Source: Eledone cirrhosa (taxonomy: Eukaryota). Taken from it: 64,000 bases of DNA. Shown here in pieces: positions 51,815 to 64,000 of the stretch (positions are counted from its first letter, which is position 1; every line of letters begins with the position of its first letter). The position numbers and the translations under genes are program-made. Location of the stretch: assembly GCA_964016885.1 (NCBI GenBank), contig OZ024753.1:1116001-1180000 (forward strand), in the 5' to 3' direction. The notes beneath the pieces are model-generated. The model saw only the letters and a list, made by a program, of their open reading frames with translations, was not told the DNA's origin and searched no databases.

Positions 51815-54473
51815 ACAAAATAAAATGTAAAAAAAGCCCAAACAAATCCCGAAATCAATCATTATTCATCATTACAATTGTCAATCATGTAAATCTCTTT
51901 GGCTGCACACTCACAAGAAGAAAAACTTGCTTGTGGCTTTGGTTAGTCAACTGATTTGTCTGCAATTGTCTGTGGGAGAGTGTGATCAGCATTTTGAATC
52001 TCTTAACTTTATTCTCTTAGTTATTGATATTGTTTGTTTCTTACCATTTTAATTATTTTCCCCTTCATTTGTACTGACTTTAATGAATCTGTTTAGTTTA
52101 GGGAAGAGTATGCAACACACATGGATAGTGGCCTTGTAACCATTGCACTTTAAACATACACTTGATGCTATTTGAGGTGTATATATATATATGTGCGCGC
52201 GTGTGTATGTATGTATATATAGATAGATATACACACAAACACACATAAATGTATATATATATGTGTGTGTCTGTGTATGTATATATTTACTTATATATAT
52301 ATATATATATAAGTATATACATACATATATATGTACATATATATATATATATATGTGTGTATATATATATATATGATGTATTATTACAACCTTAAGTTCA
52401 ACAAAGGTTATGGACTCACTGTTTTAATCAAATGAGTTCACCCTCATTAAGACTATGTATTTTAATTTAGGTGGCCTTACCATATTCCCCTGAATACTGG
52501 CAACACCTGTATTTTCTTGTGTGTGTGTGTGTATATATATATATTTAGAGAGGCACAATGGCTATGTGCGGCTGCTATACATGTAGCCCTCATGTGTCCC
52601 TGAGCAAATTCATGTCCCACTTCATGCTCAAGGTGGCACCTAGCTGTTTGAAATAAAATAAATTGCTCCTGCATTTTGCTGATATGCAAATTTGCCAAGT
52701 ACCCCCCCCCCCCCCAAAAAAAAACAAAAAAAAAACAACAACCACCCACCACACTTGTGGTATGAAAAAAAGATACTTATAACATAGATTATTGGAAAGA
52801 GTTCAATGGGTTTTATAAAACTCAGTACTTAGTACTTTATTTCTCCTGGAAGAATGACAGGCAAAGTAGACTTAACAGGATTCAAATTCAGAAATGAAAG
52901 AAGGAATATAATTGAATGCTGTGAAGTATTTTTGTCCAACATGCTACCAGTCATAAATCATCCTCATCATCGCTTAACATCTATTTTCCATGCTCGCATG
53001 AGTTAGACGGGTTTGTCCCGTTAGAGGCAAGTTGGGTCAGGTGACCGTGTCTTGCTAATATAAAACTGTTTCTAGCTGGTTTACTACAGCTGGATGCACT
53101 TCTTAATGCCAACCACATGAATGATAATAGAAATAATTATTAGAAGCCAAAGTTTCTTAAATTCTTAATCTGGTTTTCACATTGCTCATTAGATGGAAGT
53201 ATGGAAGCAGTTTGGCACCATATAATCAAAAGTATTCATAAATACACTGAAATGGGATTAGTCTATTCACTGAACAAAAGATTGGAATTTCTATTAATAT
53301 TTATTGAGGGATTTTCAAATAGAAATAAAGTGTTGACCATCAGATTGGACTAATGAAACAATGTTTCCATTGATATTTTGATTGCTGATACTATCTGCTT
53401 GTCACACCTCCTGGCAGAAGGAGGAACTTTAAATTAAAGTATTTTGCTCAAGAACACAATGCACCACTCAGTCACGGAATTAAACCCATGACATTATGTT
53501 CATGCATACAACGCCCTAACCACTAGGCCATGTGCCTTCAAATGAGAACTGGCTGAAATAGTTTATTTCCTTCATAATAGATTTGCCATACTCTTAAAGA
53601 TGCCCATCTAATAGTAATAATAATAATAAATAATTTCTTTATTAGCTACTATTTTTCAGTTATCAATACTAAAACTTCATTAACACATGTCATTTGTTTT
53701 TGCTTTTGTGTGTTTTACATGTATGATACTGAAAACATGAAAATATCATGAGTTTTTGCATGTGAATAGATGAACATGTTCTGTGTATGACAATTGAATA
53801 TATGTGATGTATGTTCTAACTGGTTTTTAGCAACCAATAAAATCTTGATGACTAATCATATTTTGAAGTGCTTACAAATATTTTTTACTTGAGTGTTGTC
53901 ACACAACCATTCTTCTTCCATTGTTTTAATAATTGGCAATGTGAAACTTCAGGTACTTCTAATATAAACACACTTTACTTTATATATTGGGTCTTTTTTT
54001 TTTTTTTTTTGTAAACACTGTTCATTAATCTGTAATAATAATGTTATTGATATATCTAACAGGGACTGAAAGCCACACTTTTTAGAGGCAGTGTGGATCA
54101 GTGTCGATTACATCAATTTTATTGCTTGACTGGTACTTTCTTTTATCAACTTCTGGAATGTTGAAAGCCAATTTTGAGCATGGTGGGCTATAACTAAATA
54201 GTGTGAGGTATTTTGTCTGGTGCTCTATCGGTTTTTTATATTTAAAAAAACTACTGATTCCTAACTATTACTAGTAGTCAGAGATTTTTTTCTTTTTCTT
54301 TTTTTCTTATTTTTTTTTACTTAGCCATTTTCTATCAGTGCTAGTTGAGGTCTCATCCACTATCTTGGTTTTAGGCCTAGATGTTTAGACTGGCTGAGTA
54401 CAGATTAGAAAGGGTGTTTTCATTATTGGTTGTTCAGCCCTAGTCACTTAGTTGGAATTTCAAATCTATTCAG

Positions 54474-55409
54474 CTTAAACTTCCACAAAGATAACTGGAA
54501 AAGGATTCAGGAGAAGCTCCTGAAGCAAAACTAGACCTACAGTCTCTATGGAAGATGTCAACATACAATTTGAACAATTCAGGGAAATAATACAAGCCAT
54601 ATGCTCCAGGTTTGCCTCGGAAAGAAAGGCCAACAGGCGCAAGAATATTATTCCCAGAGATGGGAGGATTCTTATGAGAACAACAACAAAGATCTCAAAC
54701 AAACAAGGAAGGAAGAAGATGGAATCCCATCTGAAACAAGCACTGTTACAAATTGAAAATGAACTCAAACTCTCCCATGAAAAGGAGAGAGCAAAAAAGA
54801 AACCAGGGCTATAGAAAACGGAGACAAACCTTCAAGCCTTCTTTAAATTTGCAAAAGAGACTGCCTTGGCACTCTACAGGATAGGGCCACTTTTCCATAA
54901 AAATGGCTCACTGACCGATAAGTCACTTGAATAAACAATACAAAAGTGTTTTCACACCTCCAATGAGTCACAAGCAAATAAATAAGCCAGATGAGTTCTT
55001 CAACACAATTGAAATGGCAACCATCAACCACGTAGATATAAAAGTGAAAGATGTAATATCAGCCACTGACGAAATGAGACCAAATTCGACAGCTGGCCCT
55101 GATGGTTTCTCAGCAATCCTCCTAAAAACATTCAAGCGAACATTAGCAAAACCACTGCAGATCCTCTTGCAAGTGGTAAACTACCTGGAAAACTAAAAGA
55201 AGGCATAATATGTCCTAGCCATAAAGGAGAAAGCAGAGCAGATACTAAAAGGTACAGACCTGTCTCTCTGACTTCACATTTCAGCAAAGTCATGGAACGA
55301 ATCATCCGAAGGAAACTGATCACTTTTCTAGAGGAAAATGATCTGACATTCGGCATAACTTTCACCTGGATAGAAGTTGTCTTATGCAGCTCTTACAGCA
55401 TAATGATTA

Positions 55410-55410
<1 letters not shown>
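54474..55410 (+). mobile_element. CR1-like LINE ORF2 remnant
   Basis: Frameshifted RPNSTAGPDGFSAILLK, IICPSHKG...YRPVSLTSHFSKVMERIIRRKLITFLEEN. Confidence 0.8.
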
Positions 55411-55459
<49 letters not shown>

Positions 55460-56327
55460 ATAAGGTAAATAATGTAAATAGCTATCTGAAAGATGAGCTT
55501 CATAACTAGCATTCTTACCATTATTGTTTTACTCCTGTTTTATCTCCTATATTTCTTGTACCCAGTGGCCTGAATATCTCTGTAGAGAACACAATATAAC
55601 TTATATCATGTATATATTTTATATGTATTATGTTTATATATTATATATTATGTATATATATTATATATATAATTTGTATATTATATATCTCCATTGAGAG
55701 CAGAGTATAATGTATTTGCTGAGGTCAAATACTTTGTAGTGGTTTAGTTTTAGATAGGGATATATATGTCTTAGTTTGTTTGGGGTAATTATAATTAATG
55801 ATTTTTGAGCAGTTTGTTGTGTATGTATGTGTGTGTGTGTGAACAGATGGGTGTGTATGCTTACAGTTGTGTGTGTGTATGAAAAGATAGATGTATGTAC
55901 AAACAAGTGTGTATGTATGTAAATGAACAAGGAATGTATTTGATATAAACAATATTGTTTATACTAAAACTTTCAGCTCTAATTTATAATTTGTTCCTCT
56001 TCTTGATCTTCATGTACATGGCATACAGGGAAAATGGGTTAAAGATACTTTGTAATGTTGAGTGGTAGCAGAAATAGTTTGTGTTGGTAGCAATAACTGC
56101 CTGATGAATTAGCTGTGGTACTTGTGGATATCAAACATTTGCTGCCATGCTTAGTGGGGTTATATTATGCATATATATATATATTGTGTGTGTGTGTGTG
56201 TGTGTGTGTAACTAAGTTTTTTTTTTAAAACAGTTAGCGAGTTTGAAATTATAAATAGAAGCTTTTGCCGAAATTTTAGCCTAATAGTGAGGTTTAGAAC
56301 CCTCTAAGAAATAGAAAAAGATGAGTA

Positions 56328-56400
56328 TTGACGTACATAGGAATCGAACCTACATCTTTGGTTATCCAGACCACAGTGCTACCATTACACCCACACATCA
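56328..56400 (-). other. tRNA-like cloverleaf (pseudo-tRNA or Pol III head) between direct repeats
   Basis: TGATGTG..GGTG taatggtag CACT..TGGT ctggata ACCA..GTAGG ttcgatt CCTAT..TACGTCA; imperfect spacing, so not called a functional tRNA. Confidence 0.5.
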
Positions 56401-56650
56401 CCCATCTCCTTCCATTGAAATTTGAAGCTACATTCATAGCAAGTATAATAAGTAAGTTTGTTTTGAAACTGTGATCGAGTTTGAAATTAGAAATAAAAGC
56501 TTTTTCTGTATTTTGGACTATAGAAATGTTAGCCTGATAGTAGGGTTTAGAACCCTCTAAGAAATGAAATGTATGTATATGTATGTATGTTTATATGTAT
56601 GTATGTATGTATTGTATATATATGTATGTATGTATATGTATGTATGTATG

Positions 56651-56710
<60 letters not shown>

Positions 56711-57417
56711 TATGTGTGTATGTATGTATGTATATATGTCAGGTCACCAGTTGGTGCTACTGGTAACATGTATCCCAGTACAACCTGTCTCATTGTCGGG
56801 TCGTTGGCGACTTAATTGGCAACCCCACCAAGGTTTCTTGGTGAGGAGGGTGACTTTGGACATCCTGCAGGACTAAAAACAAAACCTGTCAAAGCGCAAA
56901 GGAGCTCTTAAGAGTCAATGGCCATCCAAAATCACCAGGAGAGATGACCCCTTAGCCTTTGTCAAGGCAGAATTCTAGGAGAAGGAAAACTGATATAATA
57001 TCTGCAACCCTGATGGTATCCAATGATGTTGACTTGTTCTTCTTTTTGGTAAATATCATCTTGGTTAAGAGAGTGGGACTGGCTTTGTGCAGTGCCTTTG
57101 CTCACTATAAAAGCTTCATGGCACAGGCATTGCTTTATATCTGGAGACCTCTCTGCACTTGTCGTCACATGGTACCCTGGACCCAACACTATGTGTCAAT
57201 AATTGTCACAAGTGTAGTGTTTGTACCAGAGTTTTCAAGTTGCTGGCTGGGCTAAAAAGCGCATCGGTAGGAGTTCTCCTACATGGATATAAGGTAGTGG
57301 CCGTACTCGAAAACGAGTTGGCAGCCACCATATATATATATATATGTCAGTCATTAAGCTTTCTATAGTATTACTGAGATTATATTATACTCTTCAGGCA
57401 ATTTTCTTCACTAAAGT

Positions 57418-59522
57418 GTCATCATCATCATCATCATCATCAGGTTTAGCGTCCGTGTTCCACGCTTGCATGGGTTTGGACGGGGGTTTTCCCACTTGAG
57501 GCAAGAGTGGTTGTCTTGCTCGCATAGGACTGTCTGGCGGGTTTTCTACAGTTGGATGCCCTTCCTAACACCAACCACATTTACAGTGTGGGGCTGGGAG
57601 GTTTTTACCGTGTTGCCTACACGGCCACATTACAGCGTGGACTGTCTGGCGGGTTTTCTACAGCTGGATGCCCTTCCTAACACCAACCACATTTACAGTG
57701 TGGGGCTGGGAGGTTTTTACCGTGTTGCCTACACGGCCACATTTACAGCGTGGACTGTGTGTTTTTTTTATCGTGACACCTACACGATCTCATTTGTTTT
57801 GGCCTGGATGTTGTGGGACCAACATAACTTTACATTGAAAGGGGCGGTGTGGATGGGGTGGAGGTGGTGGGACGGGGGGGTGTTTTGATAGAGATGCCTA
57901 CTGACTGTAGTAGGTTTTTACTTTGTATTTAGGTAAGGCGGGTCTTCTCTATTACTGAGTACCGCCAAAGGTCTCGGTCCAGTGACATTGTCTTGGAGAG
58001 GTGTAAGCGTGTGAGGTTGGAATTTATCAGCTCGTCCCATGTTTTTCTGGGTCTGCCTACTCCGTGGCTACCGTCTATCTTTATTGCCCTGCACTTTGTT
58101 ATACAGCTGTCGTCTTTCATGCGCATCACGTGACCGTACCAACGTAGCCTTCTCTCGAGTAAACAACATCTGATCCCTCTTATTTCTAATTTTTTCCTTA
58201 GTTCGTTTATGCTTTGCCGTTCACGTATATTACTATTGCACATCCAGCGGAGCATGCAAGCTTCGTTCCTCTCTAGTCTGCGTATATCCTCTGCACACAA
58301 TGCCCAGGTCTCACTGCCATGCAGCATTGCTGTTCGTATGCAGGCATCGTATAACCTGCCTTTCATTTTTAGGGAGAACCCTCTAGCGGCTAATAGTGGT
58401 ATAAGCTCTCTGAACTTTTTCCATCCAGTTCTGACTCTAGCTACTGTACTTTCAGAGCACCCTCCCCCACTGCTGATTTTGTCACCCAGGTAACGGAAGC
58501 TGTCCACTATTTCCATAGAACCCTCTGCGCAGTTGAAGGAGCTAGTATTTTGTGGGCACTTGCTGCTACTTATTGCACCAGAGCACCGGCCACATGTAAA
58601 ATCTATGTTCTTAGTTAGCTTACCTGTGATCCCACTACATCTTTTATGCACCCATACTTTGCATTTGGGACATAAAATGGAGTTTCTACCTACGCCTTTC
58701 CTACACACTGAGCATGGCCATTTCCCAGATGGGACTGCCGCCTTATTTTCTTTCCTACAAACTAGAACTTTAGTCTTAGCCAGGTTAATTTTAAGGCCTT
58801 TTGATTCTAGGCCGTGCTTCCATGTTTGGAATTTCTTCTCTAGTTCGGTCATTGATTCAGCTATGAGCGTTAGATCATCTGCGTATGGGAGTTCCCATGG
58901 GCAGCCGGTCTTGAACTCCTCTGTTATAGCCTGAAGGGCAATAATAAATAGTAGGGGGCTAAGAACAGAGCCCTGATGGACACCAACTTTTACGCTAAAC
59001 TCTTCACTATATTCGTTGTTAATTCTAACCTTACTGACTGTTTCTTTATACATGGCTTGTATAGCTCTCACAAGCCATTCGTCAACACCTAGTTTTCTAA
59101 GAGACCACCAGATAATGGAACGGGGGACTCTGTCGAAGGCTTTCTCCAAGTCGACGAAAGCTAAGTAGAGGGGTTTACCTTTAGCTAGGTACTTCTCCTG
59201 TAGTTGTCGTACTATGAAAAGAGCGTCTGTGGTACTTTTGCCTGACACAAACCCGAACTGCATTTCATCTAGATCAATTCTCTCTCTGATTAGTTGCGCT
59301 ATTACTTTTTCCGTGACCTTCATGACCTGGTCGATTAATTTAATGCCTCTATAGTTACTCCTATCTAGGGCATCTCCTTTTCCCTTATAGCAGTTAACGA
59401 TGATGCTGCTACACCATTCCTTCGGAACAACCCCATTCTGTATGACTTGGTTAACTATCCGGGTGACCATGGTGTGTCCCACCGAACCAGATGCCTTCAG
59501 CATCTCAGCAACTATTTCCGAA
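57418..59522 (-). mobile_element. 5'-truncated RTE LINE with probable ~510-bp 3' UTR and (TGA)n tail
   Basis: The RT stop at 57929 is followed on the same strand by the GGTTGGTGTTAGGAAGGGCATCCAGCTGTAGAAA block, a 112-bp internal duplication and a (TGA)n tail at 57418-57441. Confidence 0.8.
57929..59522 (-). CDS. RTE-clade LINE reverse transcriptase (5'-truncated, frame open) with PHD-like zinc finger
   Basis: [65 protein letters not shown]. The first ~185 aa of the listed 713-aa ORF is (TA/CA)n read-through. Confidence 0.93.
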
Positions 59523-59826
59523 GTGTGTGTATATATATACATATAGGTATATATATACATACATATATGTATATATACATACATACATGTATATATACAT
59601 ACATACATATATATATATATATACATACATATATATATATATATACATACATATACATATACATATATATATATATACATACATATATATATATACATAC
59701 ATATATATATATATACATACATATATATATATATATACATACATATATATATATATATATACATACATATATATATATATATACATACATATATATATAT
59801 ATATACATACATATATATATATATAT

Positions 59827-59865
<39 letters not shown>

Positions 59866-59930
59866 CATATATATATATATACATACATATATATATATAC
59901 ATACATATATATATATATATATATACATAC

Positions 59931-59967
<37 letters not shown>

Positions 59968-60088
59968 CATACATATATGTATATATACATATATATATGT
60001 ATATATACATACATATATGTATATATACATACATATATGTATATATACATACATATATGTATATATACATACATATATGTATATATAC
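59523..60088. repeat. (TA)/(CATA) microsatellite abutting the LINE 5' truncation
   Basis: Direct inspection. Confidence 0.95.
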
Positions 60089-60344
60089 TTTCTTTCATAC
60101 AATAAACAGATCAACAGTTTTGTGAATAGTTTGAAGCTTTGAAGTGTCCAGATTATTTCATATTAACTGATATGATAAAGAAATATTGATTGTTTTACTG
60201 GTCATTGAACTCTCAGATTACATTATTTGTAATTGATACACTGTTTAATTTTGTTTTTTTTTTACTTTTTATTTGCAAATTTATATAATTTTTCCTACTA
60301 TTGTTAAGGGGCGTGGAGGGTGGGTATGAATAAAGTACCAGTGA

Positions 60345-60558
60345 AATAATTGTTTCTACTTTTGGCACAAAGCCAGGAATTACCCAGTACATTACTGGTA
60401 CTTTATTTTATTGACCCCATAAGGTTTCCTTTCATCCTTACTGGGTCGATAAAATAAAGTTAACCTCGACGGGATTTGCACTCAGACTGTAAAGGGATGT
60501 AACTATGCTAGAAAACATGGCGTCCAACCCTCTACCGATACTGCCAATTCACTGCCCT
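60345..60558 (-). mobile_element. SINE family 1 with internal inverted duplication and 18-bp TSD
   Basis: AAGTACCAGTGAAATAAT at 60333-60350 and 60559-60576; inverted block 60425-60459. Confidence 0.85.
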
Positions 60559-60969
60559 AAGTACCAGTGAAATAATGGGAGCACGGCTGGTTTAATTACT
60601 TCATCTAACCTCAGGCCTTGAGACAAGAAAATCATTAGAAATCATTATTGCTTTTTTTACCCATTCTACTGCTGCTATGTGGAGGGGTGTGGCCTAGTGG
60701 CAATTGTGTTAGACTTACGATCATAATGTTGTGGGTTCAATACCTAGGCTGGGTTGCGTGTTGTGTTCTTGAGCAAAACACTTCATTTCATGTTGCTCCA
60801 GTATACTCAGTTGACAAATAGTACCAGCAATAGATATGGGTTTAATCCTATCAGAACATCATACTGTATTACGAGAATTTTAAAGTTTTATCTTGAGCAT
60901 AGAGGTTCATCTGCCCGTAGCTGATTCTGGTTTCATGTGACATTGAGGGACTGACAATATATGCCCCCC

Positions 60970-61289
<320 letters not shown>

Positions 61290-62608
61290 GATAGGTGCTT
61301 GTTTGTTGCAAGGCTTAACTCCTACTGCTGATACTCATTTTTTCAGCTGAGTGAACTGGAGCAATGTGAAAGGATGTCCTTTGCTCAGACACAACAAACC
61401 ATCTCATCTGAGAATCAAACCTATCACCTGACGACTATGAGCTCAGCATGCTAACCACCAGGCCACATGCATTTAATGCTTTTCATTTTGCTGGACAGAG
61501 CTGACCTGGGACTAAACAATAGCAATTCAATGACAGAATCTACAATGTTGGTCTCTGACATCAAACTTCTGAAATGTTGGTAGATCAATAGTGCAGATGT
61601 TGTCTGTACATAATTAATTCAATTGTCTAGGACTGACCAGTGTGTGCTTGTAAATAACTATGATATGATCTCTCTCTCTCTCTCTCTCTCAAGACTAGAT
61701 ACAGCAGACGATATGGTAACAAAGACTTGCTCTTTTTCCCTCTTTCTCTCACTGACTATATTTCTCTCTCTTTCACCTGTACTGGACAGGCAACAATAAA
61801 CTGTAACACATTTCATATATGTTGTGGACTAGAATACTTCTCATCTGGGCAGTCATACAAGTAATTATAGTTTTGATACATCTACTCTCATACAACTTCT
61901 AAAGTGGTTTCTCTGGGATTATTTTCGTTGTCTTTATTATTATTTTTATTATTTTTTTAAATGTTTCTGATTGGATTGTGTAATAGAGTACATAACATAT
62001 GGCAGTTTTCAATGTTGAATTTACATTGCTTTTCTATGCTATCATGGGTTGAATAAGTCATTGTTTGAGGCAGTTTTTCTTTGGCCATGTACATGCCTTA
62101 CTTGATGTCAACCCATCTTTGACAAATTGGTATGTTGCTGGACATAAACGATTCCACTTGCTTCAAACATTGTCGATATGAAGATGTATTCAGTAAACTG
62201 TCATCATCATCATCATACGTCCATTTTCCATGCTAGCTCCTTTTGATTACCAACTGTAAGGAGTATTTGATACTTCTCTTAGTCTTGTCATGGCTTATTA
62301 GCTCTATACGGACGTTTAAATTGATTAAATAAATAAATATATTTACTCAGAACTAATCCCTCTCCATGTCTAGCCTATATATATATATATATATATATGA
62401 TGGTCATTTCTGAAGCCATCTATATATATATTTACTCAGAACAAAATCCTGGTTTTTCTTCTACTTTTAGTTTTAGCTTGTTGTTGTTGTTGCATACTAT
62501 TCCTTGACCCAACCACTCTATTCCAGTTTGGCTGTGTATAATATGTTTTGTAGCATTTCATGTGTATATTTCTTTTTGTTTTATTTTTATTTTTTTGTAT
62601 AATATCCT

Positions 62609-62637
<29 letters not shown>

Positions 62638-62643
<6 letters not shown>

Positions 62644-62797
62644 AATTCTGTTAAAACGAAATTCATGGGGTATAAAAAAATTTTTTGTAACAAAAAATTC
62701 TTTATAACAAGATCGACCAAAACACATCGAGCGTGTGGCCGAGGATTGAAAAAATTTTTGTTATACTGAAAAATTTGTTATAATAGAATTTTACCTG
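62638..62797. mobile_element. Tigger/pogo-like MITE (second family)
   Basis: TA|(C>T)AGTGAAATTCTGTTAAAAC...GTTATAATAGAATTTTACCTG|TA with subterminal GTTATAAC-like repeats. Confidence 0.6.
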
Positions 62798-63439
62798 TAT
62801 ATATCTATCTATATATATATATATAAATAAATAAACATATAGAGAGATTTCTGCAATTTTGTTTTCCAATCGGCCAACTAACTTAAATCTGGGCAGTGGA
62901 CAACTGCTTATCTCCAAGCTTACTTATGCTCCATCGTTCCTCGCTTTTCCGTTGACCAGTCGGATTCTGAATATGAGGTAATAACTGTTGTTATTCATCT
63001 GCTCCCCCATGCATTGAGGCTGCATACATGCGTACATACATGCAGGCATACATGTGTATGTGTGTGCACTTATATAATGTCATTCTATGCATATTGAGTT
63101 GTTTTTTTCTTAATTAGATATATTTTTTCCCCCATATAGAGTGTCTTTAGTTTACTGTGGCTTTTAATATGAACTGTCTCCTTGTTTTGTAGTATATTTC
63201 CCTGATATGTGTGTGTCTGCATGAGTATGGGCATATATATACATACATATATATAATTATTTCATTAACGAAGGTTTTGAGAAACTAGATGATTCTGGCA
63301 GAAACATCCAGCTCGTTCGTCAGACAAAACAATTATAATTGTTTCTCAAAACCTTTGGTAATGAAATAATTATATTGTGTGGTTTATTATGTTATGTAAT
63401 TACATACATATGGATATACATTTCAAAATTAAAAGATAG

Positions 63440-63500
<61 letters not shown>

Positions 63501-63737
63501 CGTATATCCAAGAGAATACACAATATATTGTATATATACACTTGAATATATGGTCCTTTCTCTCTATCTATCTATCTCTTTATCTCTCTCTCTCTCTGTA
63601 TGTATATATATATATATATACACACATACATAGAACTTTTAATTTTGAATTATTATGGCTCTGGACAAAATCCATTGAGCTTTTTTATTGAGAAGCACAA
63701 AAATCAAACATGTTTTGATACTTCACATTTGTGTATT

Positions 63738-63781
<44 letters not shown>

Positions 63782-64000
63782 GTCCATGTACACATAGGCA
63801 TTTATGAATGTGGGCCTACTTTTTTCCTTGTGTAGATATATGCACGTATGATTTGTTCGTGTAGATGTGTGTGTATATATATATTCACATACACGAACAC
63901 ACACACATATCATCATCATCACCACTGTTTAAAGTCCATTTTCCACATTAGCATGTGTTAGATGGGTTGTTCTGTTTGAGGAGGCAAGTTGGGTCAGATG

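Noticed and set aside
55470-55530. CTGAAAGATGAGCTTCAT hammerhead-like remnant after (TA)n
   Set aside because: Core spacing is wrong and GAAA is missing.
56328-56400. Functional tRNA gene
   Set aside because: Irregular stem spacing, atypical anticodon loop, and embedded in a repeat.
59523-60070. N-terminal part of the 713-aa ORF
   Set aside because: Microsatellite read-through; LINE homology stops at 59522, so this is not a full-length protein.

Overview
Eukaryotic, AT-rich, microsatellite-dense genomic DNA. The SINE and RTE-tail repeats suggest an octopus (inference). One host gene is supported: the 5' half of a sorting nexin SNX1/SNX2 orthologue on the + strand. I read nine GT-AG exons between 15150 and 45363 that join in frame and cover the acidic N-terminus, the PX domain and the lead-in to the BAR domain; I did not find the remaining exons in the window. 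Two N-terminal exons are symmetric cassettes, and one is an old tandem duplicate of the next exon. Most long ORFs in the track are microsatellite artefacts. The rest is transposon-derived: a 5'-truncated RTE LINE with an open RT frame and embedded PHD-like finger, CR1-like, RTE-X-like and Penelope-like remnants, a decayed Chapaev3-like transposon, two non-autonomous Helitrons, TTAA and TA MITEs, many tRNA-derived SINEs and TE-derived minisatellites. The main unannotated signal is a set of short foldback elements in (TA)n tracts. They carry type I hammerhead ribozyme motifs from four sequence-unrelated families: six complete folds plus decayed ones. All have palindromic stem III, most have a U.U pair at the base of stem II, and two lie in sense within SNX introns. 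All structures were folded by eye and none is tested.
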